A stretch of 63,972 bases of DNA, filler included, from Salisapilia sapeloensis CBS 127946 (lineage: Eukaryota > Protista > Oomycota), in NCBI GenBank assembly GCA_023334545.1. It is 10 parts of 10 records of this genome, joined end to end, with 100 filler letters (N's around TTAATTAATTAA, not from the genome) between each part and the next. Parts side by side here need not be neighbours in the genome. Positions count along the whole stretch, not along the records: positions 5,494 to 13,871 come from JAADVB010000492.1; positions 13,972 to 17,493 come from JAADVB010000742.1; positions 17,594 to 19,335 come from JAADVB010001060.1; positions 19,436 to 25,010 come from JAADVB010000608.1; 6 more parts are not named here. The stretch is one strand, 5' to 3'. Position numbers and translations under genes: made by a program. Of this stretch, positions 11,377 to 21,190 are shown piece after piece; the first letter of the stretch is position 1; each line of letters starts with the position of its first letter. The notes below the pieces were generated by a model. That model was not told the DNA's origin, ran no database searches, and saw nothing but the letters and a program-made list of their open reading frames with translations.

Positions 11377-12937
11377 GAGGAATTGCCGGCGGCAAATGCA
11401 ACTTGGGTTCTTGATAAGTTGCACGTAACGAGAGGGATAAGATACAGTTTCACATCTGCCCGTGGGTGTCAAGACTCGTGGCGAATCGGAGGCCGAGGAG
11501 ATCAGAACCAGAGCCAGATGAAGTCGTCGTCTATTCTCGGACGTATGTGAGATAGGGACATCTGTTCACATCTACCACGAAGAGGTGGACTGACTGCGAT
11601 CGAGTATTCGCGCGTTAATTGTAAGGACGGGGCTGGACAACGGTATTGGACTTAGGGAGTAGGCAAGAGTGTGGAACGAATTTAATCAAGAGCATGCACC
11701 TATACTCTATGGCAGCACCCGGTCGAAAGAGATCGAGGTCGCCGACACGAATGCGCATTCTGTAGGCGTAGGCAGCTGATTTTCGCTTTTATGGCCGCAA
11801 GCCAGTTCTGGATCTTGGAGCGATGTCCGGATTCTGATCAGGCGCTCGAAAGGAGATGCGCTATCACGACTGCGACGGACGCGATCCTAGCCGAACGTTG
11901 TCATCGTGGTATTCGACAAGTAAACCGTAGCCTGACATTGCTTCAAAGTTTTAAACCCTCAACGCGGTTAGCGTAGGGAGGACTTGAGGATCGGAGAAAT
12001 GGGTTCCCGACTTAATGACAAATGGCACAGATGGAGACACGAAATGTACCTGTCTGTCGAAACATACACCCAACTGATTTGCATGCAAAGAGGAATGCGG
12101 ACCAGGAGCTACTTTTTCCAAGCGTCGGCTTGATTGATGTCATGACGTCGAATGTATCGCGTAGCAATGTCGCCTGACGCCCCCTTGGACGCACGATCGT
12201 GTAGGCTCGTTCGGAAATTGTCCCCATGTGCTGCATGTATATCGTACGCGTTGCTGCCCATTAAAGATACGCCGAGTACCTCCACGTGCAGATGGGACTA
12301 GACCTCGTCCGAACGCGCAGCAACCGAAACTACCGACAAATGTATGTTTATCCGTCCGTCGCGAGACGGCTCTGCCAAATCAGCTCGACCCTCTGCGGCC
12401 TTCGTCACCATCTTCGAAAACGCCAAGATACAAAAGCCACACACGATGGCTTCCATCCTAATCGCATGATCTTATATCTTCAAGGTCCAAGTTGAATTAT
12501 AAATAAAAGGCGTACTCTGATGCGGAACTGAATGTCTGTTCATCTCCATAGCATCAGCCTCATCGTTTTTCCGGAGGACGGAGAAAATGATGGTCAAAGA
12601 TCCCACTGATTTTCTTTGCCGCGTTTATAGTCTATCGATCTCATCCTCCTGTTTTTCCTTGAAGCTTTTACATTCGTATCGCTGGCTCTATAGGCACTAG
12701 ACGCGACGAGCGTCACGATCCAAGAGTTCACGACCGATCGTCGAAAAGCTATTTGTGGTCATAGGGAGATACAAATCTTTATGAAGAGCAGCAAACGGGT
12801 GCAAGTTATAATGTGCACATGCATGTCTTAGTTACCAATCAAAGCTACTACTTGTAAACAAGTCTTGTGGCAGATGCAAGACACGTCTTCCATCGACGCG
12901 ACTTGTATCATCACCAGACGTGTGCGTGATATGTCGC

Positions 12938-13871
12938 TTAGTACTTGCTATCACGCCCATTCTGGGTACTGTCCTTGTTCTGCATCACACCGCCGCGGCT
13001 AGAGTACCGGTTGGATAATCGGTTGAGGGCAGAGTGCATGCTCTCACGCTCTTCCTCGGTAAACTCCGTCTCACCCACCCAGTGCGCCACGATACGAGCG
13101 ATCATGGCGTCACCACTGATGTTGGTGGCGGTCGAGAATCGGTCGAGCAGCCAGTCCGTGGCGACGATAAAGGTGAAGGAGGGAGGCAGCGGGACTTCTG
13201 GCCAGACACTTGTCCAGACAGTCATGGTGATGACGATGGACGCAGCCGGGATCGGTCCAGCCCCGACGGCACCGAGCGTAGACACGAGAATGATTAGAAT
13301 CATCTCAGTCGTACCTACGAGGTAGCCCATACCAGCAGCCTCGGCCATGAAGACGACGCCAATGGGGTATCCGATGGCAGCACCGTCCATGTTGATGGTG
13401 GCGCCAAGTGACAGAACGAAGCGCGACACGGTCTTGGCCACCTGCTTGGTGGCATCCACACAGCGCATGGTAACCGGTAGTGTGGCCATGGAGGAGGCAC
13501 AGGAGACAGCAAATACTTGTGCTGGGATGATGTGGCGAAGGTAAGCGTACGGATTGATACGCGTGAAGGCAAAGAGGATGGCAGGCATAAGGATCCACAA
13601 GTGCACCATCATGCCGATGATGGTACATAGCACAAAGGTCCCGACGTCATTGATGAGGATGGAGAGGTCTGATTGGGACGCAATCGTTTCTGCCAGTAGA
13701 GAGATGAGCGCGATGGGCGTCGTGAGGATCACCCACTGGATGATCTTCATAAAGACCTCGTTGACTTCCTGGAAAAAGTTGGCCAGAAGCGTCATGTCTT
13801 CTGGTAGGAGGGAGATGGCGACACCGAACGGCACGGCGAACGCAATGATAGAGAGCAAATTCGCTTCGGCA
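12938..13871 (-). CDS. DAACS/SLC1 symporter, 3' half (truncated by gap); completes copy A in frame
   Basis: Motifs NMDG and DWLLDRFSTATNISGD. It shares a 98-bp identical overlap with the 5' half at 5494-5591. Confidence 0.9.
13774..13871. repeat. 98-bp exact direct repeat of 5494-5591
   Basis: Direct comparison. Confidence 0.95.
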
Positions 13872-13971
13872 NNNNNNNNNNNNNNNNNNNNNNNNNNNNN
13901 NNNNNNNNNNNNNNNTTAATTAATTAANNNNNNNNNNNNNNNNNNNNNNNNNNNNNNNNNNNNNNNNNNNN
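13872..13971. other. Artificial contig spacer
   Basis: N44-TTAATTAATTAA-N44. Confidence 0.98.
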
Positions 13972-16900
13972 GTCCGTTGGCACTGGCAGACTTGCCAAAG
14001 GCGCAGCCGCATTTGCTGCTGGCTTTGTCCGTTGACAATGCTCACAGCATCGAACGTAGTTCGAGACAGATTTGTACATCTTTGGCCACCAATAATCTCG
14101 GGCCAAGACACTGTATGTCTTTTCGCGTCCCAGATGCCCAGACGATGGTAGGTCATGTGCTTCGTGCAACAACTTGTACCGCACGTCATCGTCATTTGGA
14201 ACCACAACACGTGGAGGATCCATTGGATCGACTTGATAATACAAAAGCCCATCGTTGGTGGAATAACGATGTAGTCTAGCACGTAGACGTGGAGAAAGCT
14301 CTGTCTCCGAGGCATCATTGCCCATTTCGAGATTGTATATCAATCTTGAGCATTGCTCATCTGCCTTGTATGCAGACTTGATGTGGTCACTCAGTGACGA
14401 GGTCACTTGCACAATGTGCGACAGCTCATAGTCTGGTCGACGCGATAATGCGTCTGCAAGTATGTTTTGCTTGCCTGGCTTGTATTCCACACGGAAATTG
14501 TATTCCGCAAAGAAGGACAGCCATCGAGCCATGCGCTGTGATAAATGCGGTGACTGAGTCGCAGTGCGTAATGACGCATGATCTGTATAGATCACAAAGG
14601 GCTTAGAGCCTAGAAGGTGGACACGGAACTTCACCAAGGCATACTTCATTGCCAGCAACTCTTTGTCATGAACTGGATAGTTCTTCTCAGCAGCTTTGAG
14701 CTGGCGGGATTGGAACGAAATCACTCGTTCCCGACCTTCTGCATCCTTCTGCAATAACGCACAGCCGATCGCAAAGTCGGATGCATCGCAGACGACACTG
14801 AACTCTTTCGTGTCGTCTGGTAGAGCCAAGATAGGGGCTTCAAGCATACTCTGCTTGATGGCATCGAATGCCTTCTGATGGGTTTCATCCCATGACCATA
14901 CCACATCCTTCTTAAGGAGCTCGGTCAACGGCTTCGCCGTATCCGCATAGTTCCGTGAGTACTTGTGCAAGTAATTCGCTAAGCCAAGCCACTTTCGCAA
15001 GTCAGCTTGGCTGCGCGGTACTGGCCAATCCACTATGGCTTGGATCTTGTCTGGGTCAGCCCGTACTCCTTCCTTGCTTAGAAAGCAACCCAGGAACGGA
15101 ATCTCTGGGGCGCCAAAGATACACTTATCGATGTTGGCGTAGAGTTTGTGTTCACGCATTGTCTCGAGGACACGACGCAGATGCGTCAGGTGCATCTCCA
15201 CCTCCGACTTCTCGTCTTCTGCCTTACTATGGACAAAGATGTCATCAAAGTAGGTTTGTGCAAAAGCACGTAAGGGTCGAAAGAGATGCGTGACCAAACG
15301 ATTGAAAGTTGCCGGGGCATTGGACAGTCCCTGAGGCATCACCAGCCACTCCCATAGCATTCCGCTAGGGGTGCTTACTGCCGTCAACGGCACATCGTTC
15401 TCTCTCATGAGAATTTGGTAATATCCGTCTACCAAGTCGAGTGCACTGAACATGGTACATCCCGACATGCTGTTCTGCAGCACTTCCTTTCTAGGAATCG
15501 GCGTTTGTGCCGGTATCGTAGCTGCATTCAGCTTGTTGTACGCATGTACAATCCGCCATTTACCGTTTGGTTTACGAACACAAAACGTCGGCGTGGAGTG
15601 AGGAGATTTGGACTCTCTCACCTGGCCAGCGGCCTTCTTCTTCGCAAAGAATTCATCGATCACATCTGCCTGCTCTTTAGGCAATGGCCACTGTCTCGTG
15701 ACACAGTACTTGGTTCCCGGAACCAGATCGATCTCGTGCTTGATCCCTCGATCAGGCGGAAGACATTGTGGTGGATCTTTCGACACCACGTCTTCAAATT
15801 CCTTTACCAAGCCATGAAATGGATCACTTGGGTTCTCTAGGATTTTGGTACCGCGACGAGCGTTGAATCGCTCCTTCCAGTCGCCACCAACCGTTCGGTC
15901 TTCTACCGAAGAGGAGTTTAACTCCTGAACTTCATTCTGTCGTTCTAAAACGACAACTTCGTTTATCTCACTGGCCTTCACTTCATCGAGGAAGGTATCC
16001 CAGTCCAGCTCATCGAGCTCCAGTAAAGATTCAAACGCAGGCAAAGGGGATAACTCGGTTGTATTATTCAACAACGTTACTGTCGATCCATCAACATTCT
16101 TGTACCTTACTCCCTTTCCTACAGCTTCTCCGGAGACATTTCTGTCATCCGATGGCTCTTGGCTCAAACTAGCCATCGGGCGTTCATTGCCCTGCTCTTC
16201 AGCGAGCAACTTTTCATCCCCAATGCAAGGAGATTGTGGCTCTTGCCACTCCGTGGATCGTCTTAGAGGCGGATCACCACCTTGTTTACCAGCAACCACA
16301 GGAGCCTCGTGCTCCTCGGCTTCCGTGCCTTCCGCACTTACAAGCCCATTGAATTCTTCTTTCAATCTCCGCATCGAGGTGGGAACATGACTCACCAATG
16401 CTCGATCGGAAATTGCTGGCTTGCTGGCACCAATCTCTTTGGTTTTCCAGTCAATCCACGGCTCGTGCTTCTCGAGCCACGGCATGCCTAAGATCAGGTC
16501 ATACCTCTGGTCCATATCCAGAACCATAAACGTCTCCACAGAGTCAAAGTCAGCGAACTTGACTCTAAGATCAATCTTGATCTTCGGGGCTTTTACTATC
16601 GCCCCCGTCGCAAGGCGAACAGAGATACCTCCATCTCCTTCATGCTCTTGCATAGCACCCGACAGCATCGCCTGGTTACCTTCCAGACTTACACGTCGTG
16701 CATAATTGAGCGATGCTCCAGAGTCTACCAATACTCTCATCGGGTTCTTAAACCCTTTGACTACTGCAGTCGCGGTTACCAACCCTTGTGTATCTGACAC
16801 CAAGCCAGCGGACATCGCTTGGCTTTCATGAGCATCCTCCTCTTGGACTCTTCTGTCCACCCCCATTCCATCTTCATGGGACCTTCCACGTCCCTTTAGG

Positions 16901-17004
16901 GCCGAGCTCTTACGTGGCACGCCACCCGTGCCTCCACCATAAGAACTCGTCTTAGCCCCAGTAGGCTGCCCTGCGCCTACTGGGCTTGGGCCTTTCCCTG
17001 GCCC
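13972..17004 (-). CDS. pol: Gypsy Pol (aspartic protease, RT, RNase H, start of integrase), in the -1 frame relative to gag
   Basis: Protease VLVDSGAS and YDLILGMPWL; RT LDLVDGYYQI, MPQGLSNAP and YFDD; RNase H CDASDFAIG and YTDHASL; integrase HHCC (HDLPSSGH...CEHC). The frame is open from 17004, immediately after a TAG at 17005-17007. Confidence 0.95.
16957..16998 (-). other. Predicted -1 programmed ribosomal frameshift signal (G GGA AAG + 7-nt spacer + 10-bp hairpin)
   Basis: The heptamer at 16998-16992 is correctly phased in the gag frame. Stem CCCAGTAGGC/GCCTACTGGG (16984-16975 with 16966-16957) has an 8-nt loop. It lies in the short gag/pol overlap. Confidence 0.8.
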
Positions 17005-17492
17005 CTAGAATCTTCGCGATTCTTTGGCGCCGTCCTCTGACGCATACGCCTAGGGCAGTTCCGACGAATGTGGCCATGCTGGCCACATTCAAAGCAACGG
17101 ATGTTGCTTCGGCGGTTGTCTTGCTCCGCCATACCGAGTTCCATCGGCTCTGGCCCAGACGTCTGCTGACGAGGCCAGTACGATGGGAATCGCGCTTGTC
17201 GATGACAATAGTCCTCTCGGAGGGCTACTTGCACAGCCTCTTCAAACGATGACACATCGCTACGGAAGAGCTGAGTTCGGGCTGGGCCCTGACGTAAGCC
17301 GTCCATGAACACTGTAACCTTTACAGGTTCAGGCAGAGGATCTGCAACCATTCCTGCGATCAGAGTTCTCAACTCTTGCACATATTCGTGCAAGCTCCTT
17401 TGACCTTGCTTGGTCGACAGGAACTTTGAACGTTGGCGATACGCCGAGTTCGGTGGCTGGAAAGCCTCTTGCAACCCGTGTTGCAGCTGAGA
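16977..17492 (-). CDS. gag: Gypsy Gag (retrotransposon gag domain + CCHC zinc knuckle), 5' truncated
   Basis: KQGQRSLHEYVQELRTL, FMDGLRQGP, PEPMELG and the knuckle CFECGQHGHIRRNC. Confidence 0.93.
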   Translation of the reverse strand, partial: SQLQHGLQEAFQPPNSAYRQRSKFLSTKQGQRSLHEYVQELRTLIAGMVADPLPEPVKVTVFMDGLRQGPARTQLFRSDVSSFEEAVQVALREDYCHRQARFPSYWPRQQTSGPEPMELGMAEQDNRRSNIRCFECGQHGHIRRNCPRRMRQRTAPKNREDSRGQGKAQAQ

Positions 17493-17493
17493 C

Positions 17494-17593
17494 NNNNNNN
17501 NNNNNNNNNNNNNNNNNNNNNNNNNNNNNNNNNNNNNTTAATTAATTAANNNNNNNNNNNNNNNNNNNNNNNNNNNNNNNNNNNNNNNNNNNN
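17494..17593. other. Artificial contig spacer
   Basis: N44-TTAATTAATTAA-N44. Confidence 0.98.
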
Positions 17594-17966
17594 ATACGAC
17601 GCGTTCTTGACGTCCTGTATGGTAGATGGATGGATATGAGAGCTAGGCCTTGCATGGAAGGTCTAGTAGCCAACACGACCACGAGCCATGCAATTAGCTT
17701 CCATGTTACATCTCTCGCCACGCCTATCCTCGACGAGCCGACGACAGGTAGAAATTCGCGCAGCGAGCGGATAGTAGACCTCCACACCACCACGCGCGGC
17801 GACAGACATGATACACCATCAACCTACTCCAAGCGCAACACTCCGCACAATACTGCACCGCCCATGCCAAAACACAATACACACTCGACAATCAAAATGT
17901 TTTTTATTTTCAGATAGCGTTTACATCCTCCTGCTAAACAAGAGGACCATCGAGGAAAGCAAGAAC

Positions 17967-18569
17967 TTACGCAGAGAGCTTCTTCACGATCGCAGCAAAG
18001 CTCTCGCCCTGCGTCACCGCAACATCCAACTCGAGCTCCGAAGGCTGACGGGAGCCGTCCGGACCGGCGTACGTGCCAGAACCGTACGCGCTGCCGCCGT
18101 GCACCTCCTCCATGTTGAAGAGCTTCGGGTTGCGGTAGCCACCCGGCACGAAGAGCATGCCGTGGTGCGTGAAGAACGTCAGCGTCGTCAACGCCGTCGT
18201 CTCCTGGCCGCCGCCCTGCGTGGCCGTGCTGAAGAAGATGCCCGCAGGCTTGCCGATCAAGGCGCCCTCGCCCCACAGACCGCCGCACTGGTCGAACAGA
18301 GCGCGCACCTGGGCAGGCGTCGAGCCGAAGCGCGTCGGGATACCGAAGAGGATGCCGTCCGCCTCCTTCAACGTCTCCGGCGTCGCGATCGGGTAGTCCT
18401 TCTTGGCAGGAGCGCCCATCTTGGACAGCACGTCGTCCGACAAGGTCTCGGCCATCTGGTAGATCTCGACGTCGACGCCGCCGGTCTTCTCAATGCCCTT
18501 CTTCACCGACTCGGCCAGAGTCGCAACGTGGCCGTACATGGAGTAGTAGACGATCGCAATCTTCGGCAT
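17967..18569 (-). CDS. WrbA-type flavodoxin-like NAD(P)H:quinone oxidoreductase
   Basis: FMN-binding YSMYGHV, plus GIPTRFG, STATQGGGQETT and GGSAYGSGT; 200 aa. Confidence 0.95.
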   Translation of the reverse strand: MPKIAIVYYSMYGHVATLAESVKKGIEKTGGVDVEIYQMAETLSDDVLSKMGAPAKKDYPIATPETLKEADGILFGIPTRFGSTPAQVRALFDQCGGLWGEGALIGKPAGIFFSTATQGGGQETTALTTLTFFTHHGMLFVPGGYRNPKLFNMEEVHGGSAYGSGTYAGPDGSRQPSELELDVAVTQGESFAAIVKKLSA

Positions 18570-18611
18570 CTTGACTTTTGCTTCTTGTGTTTAACTAGTT
18601 TCGCTGAGGGA

Positions 18612-18630
18612 GCAGATTCCAGAATGAAGT
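18612..18630 (-). promoter_or_regulatory. Probable INR(+FPR-like) core promoter of the WrbA-type gene
   Basis: Minus strand ACTTCATTCTGGAATCTGC, about 45 nt upstream of the ATG. Confidence 0.5.
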
Positions 18631-19335
18631 CCAAGCGCACGTGTTCCATTGATCACGGAATCGGCCTCGTCACGTCACATTGCTTTCCAGAGGTTCCCTT
18701 CCAAATAGGATATTCCCACCGCACAGGTTGCGATCAAAGCTCTAGAAAGTATGGATGACACCTGCAGAACTTGGTGCACACGATGACGTGATCGAGATTT
18801 CGGTGCTTTCAGAGTCTTGACAATCCGCCATCAACGTCGTGGTTGGCAGATATTCCAGCAGAGTCTCGTGGTTGGCAGAAAAGAACAGGATCGAGTAATC
18901 GCTCGGCCAGCTTTCTGCAAGTCGGGTTGTCCGGATGGAAACCTGGCTGTTGCGATCGATATGTCGAGTTCAACTAGGAATGCCGGTCGAGGTGGGACGG
19001 GTACGTACGAAACGCGCCATATTTATAATTGAACAAGGAGAAAGTGTACACAGCAAAGGATGCCAGTGCATCGGCAGACAACACGAAATCGCTCGACTGG
19101 TGACATTTCGACAGATCTAGACGCATGTGAGTCGTGCACGTTCGTCAACGACCGAATGCTTCTCGGCGATCAGGATCATGCAAGAGAAGCATATTGGATA
19201 GCGACGTTTGATGAGATGCGCCCTCATTACGATGTGAACTCGTGCATCGACTCATTGTCTTTGACAAAGATCGCTTGCCCTTCGAGCACGTACGTTTGAC
19301 TATGGTAGATACTTAATGACGTGGACTGAAATTGC

Positions 19336-19435
19336 NNNNNNNNNNNNNNNNNNNNNNNNNNNNNNNNNNNNNNNNNNNNTTAATTAATTAANNNNNNNNN
19401 NNNNNNNNNNNNNNNNNNNNNNNNNNNNNNNNNNN
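19336..19435. other. Artificial contig spacer
   Basis: N44-TTAATTAATTAA-N44. Confidence 0.98.
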
Positions 19436-19674
19436 AGAAAGATGTATAGGTCACACTCTGTCTTCTCTCTCCTGAACAACAAACAAGCCACTTGCATCCT
19501 CGCGGAAACTTGTCCATTCTGTACGACGCAACTTTCGATGACTTTATATGCGTACCCACGATCTCGCCCTGTCTGTATCATAGTCTATTCAAACTACACA
19601 AACTAACGCTACAGAGTTTCCTTGACCACAAAATAAAGCCAAGTCGTCCGTACAACCCCAACTTTCCATAGCTC

Positions 19675-19695
19675 TTGTTGTTGTTGTTGTTGTTG
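19675..19695 (+). repeat. (TTG)7 microsatellite
   Basis: Read directly from the sequence. Confidence 0.9.
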
Positions 19696-20333
19696 CAAAA
19701 GCAGAGGTATATTTAGTGCAAGCTAAAATTCTATCAGTTTTGGTGCGCTTCTTGCACGAATTCTAACTTCAAGCAGAAGCTTTCGTACCGTTTCTGCATG
19801 GATTCTTCGCGTCTGTCCGTTGGATGCAAATTAGCCGACGATCTCGCTCCGCTGCGCTCTCGACTCGCCTTCTCTCGTCTCCGACGCATCTTCACTCTCG
19901 TCGGACTCATAATCACCGAAACTGCCAAACAGCAGTCCTAACAAAATCGGGGACAAAGCATTTCGCCAAGGTAGACACTTGCTTCATGCAATACTCGCGC
20001 TTTTAGACACGCGCTTTGCGTTTTTGGCCCACAGCTTTGTCCTGCATCGTCACGTCGTGGTTGTATCTTCAAGTAGGCATTTTGAAAATTTCTCGTGGGG
20101 TTTCACCAATTTGAGGCAGCTTGTACCACTCGATTGGCACAGATTGGATGACGTGTGCTCGGTTGCAGTTCCGATTGCTGTAGCTCGAGTTGAAGTAGCT
20201 GCCAGGTGGTTCTGCTTAGGATCGATTCGTCTTCAATCAACGCGGCCATGATGGACGGGCACGTAAACGCGCCGGAAACGCAAAGGATGAAAATAAATCT
20301 ACTCGCATTATACATAGCCATAAATTTCCAAAC

Positions 20334-21017
20334 TTATTCCTCCGACCTACTTCGGTGGGCCCAGCAGTAGCCGCCGGCTTTGGGACCCTTGCTACAGCCG
20401 TCTCGCTTGCACAGACGCTTCCCGCCATGCGACCAGCACACGCCGTTTCGTCGAGAAGCATTCGTGCATCCATCGGCGCTGCATCGTTTGCCGCCGCCGT
20501 GTAGAATGCACAATCCACGGCTCACGGCATGCTTCTTGCAGTCGCCATGTGCGCATCGGAGTCCTCCGCCGTGCGCGATGCAAAAGCCGCCGGCCTTGGC
20601 TCGCTTGCTGCAGTCGAGATGTCCGCAGAACTTGGCGTTCGAGGCGCGTCGGCGTTGTCTGCAAATGCTGCTCTGGAGCGGAGATCCTGTCTGTGCATCC
20701 ACATTGCGCATCGGGGATACCCGGCAGACTGTCGCCGCCAAGATATTCGTGAGCGCGTCTTCCGACTTGCGCGTCGACGGAGGGCACGGCAGCTCTCTCA
20801 GCTGGCTGAAGATGCTCGTGCCTTCCTTCCGGCTCGGACTGATGCTTTGGATTGAAGTACTGGGCTTCCCGACTGGCATGATCGTCGTGATGGACGGAAG
20901 CCGAGTTCCGGCGGTATCGGTTGGTGACGCTGGCCGGATGGGCGCGAACATCCTCGGCCGGCTCATGAGATCTTTGGACTGTCTAAATGCAGTGCTTTGC
21001 GTGTTCACAATCTCCAT
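20334..21017 (-). CDS. WRKY19-like Cys/His zinc-finger repeat protein (C-x4-C...G-x-C-x2-H-GGG repeats)
   Basis: Four repeats, e.g. CGHLDCSKRAKAGGFCIAHGGG and CAHGDCKKHAVSRGLCILHGGG, after a low-complexity N-terminus. This family is expanded in oomycetes. Confidence 0.85.
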   Translation of the reverse strand: MEIVNTQSTAFRQSKDLMSRPRMFAPIRPASPTDTAGTRLPSITTIMPVGKPSTSIQSISPSRKEGTSIFSQLRELPCPPSTRKSEDALTNILAATVCRVSPMRNVDAQTGSPLQSSICRQRRRASNAKFCGHLDCSKRAKAGGFCIAHGGGLRCAHGDCKKHAVSRGLCILHGGGKRCSADGCTNASRRNGVCWSHGGKRLCKRDGCSKGPKAGGYCWAHRSRSEE

Positions 21018-21190
21018 GCGTACGAAGGTGGCGGCGTTGAAGGCGAAAGGCGAAATGAGTCACTTGCGCTGCACCAAACACCAATCTCAGCTCCAAGCAC
21101 GACAGCTGTCACGTCGAAATGCAGAGACCCTAACCACAACGCCTTCTGAAACGCGCCGACGTCACGCGATCTTCCGCGGTCGCGGACACA

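Larger units (their letters stand above)
13972..17493 (-). mobile_element. Ty3/Gypsy LTR retrotransposon internal region (gag-pol); both ends lost in gaps, LTRs not seen
   Basis: Domain order gag, protease, RT, RNase H, integrase (the Gypsy order), with no in-frame stops in pol. Confidence 0.95.

Noticed and set aside
9693-11453. 42-aa N-terminal extension of DAACS B from the TTG/ATG-track start at 11453
   Set aside because: It runs through the INR+FPR promoter and has no counterpart in copy A, so the true start is probably 11327.
16895-16901. TTTAGGG telomere-like unit
   Set aside because: Single occurrence inside the pol coding sequence.
17808-18758. 316-aa plus-strand ORF
   Set aside because: Antisense shadow of the GC3-rich WrbA-type gene, with no recognisable motifs.
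19734-20321. Short minus-strand ORFs (64 and 72 aa) downstream of the zinc-finger gene
   Set aside because: No motifs, no promoter signal and no homology evidence.
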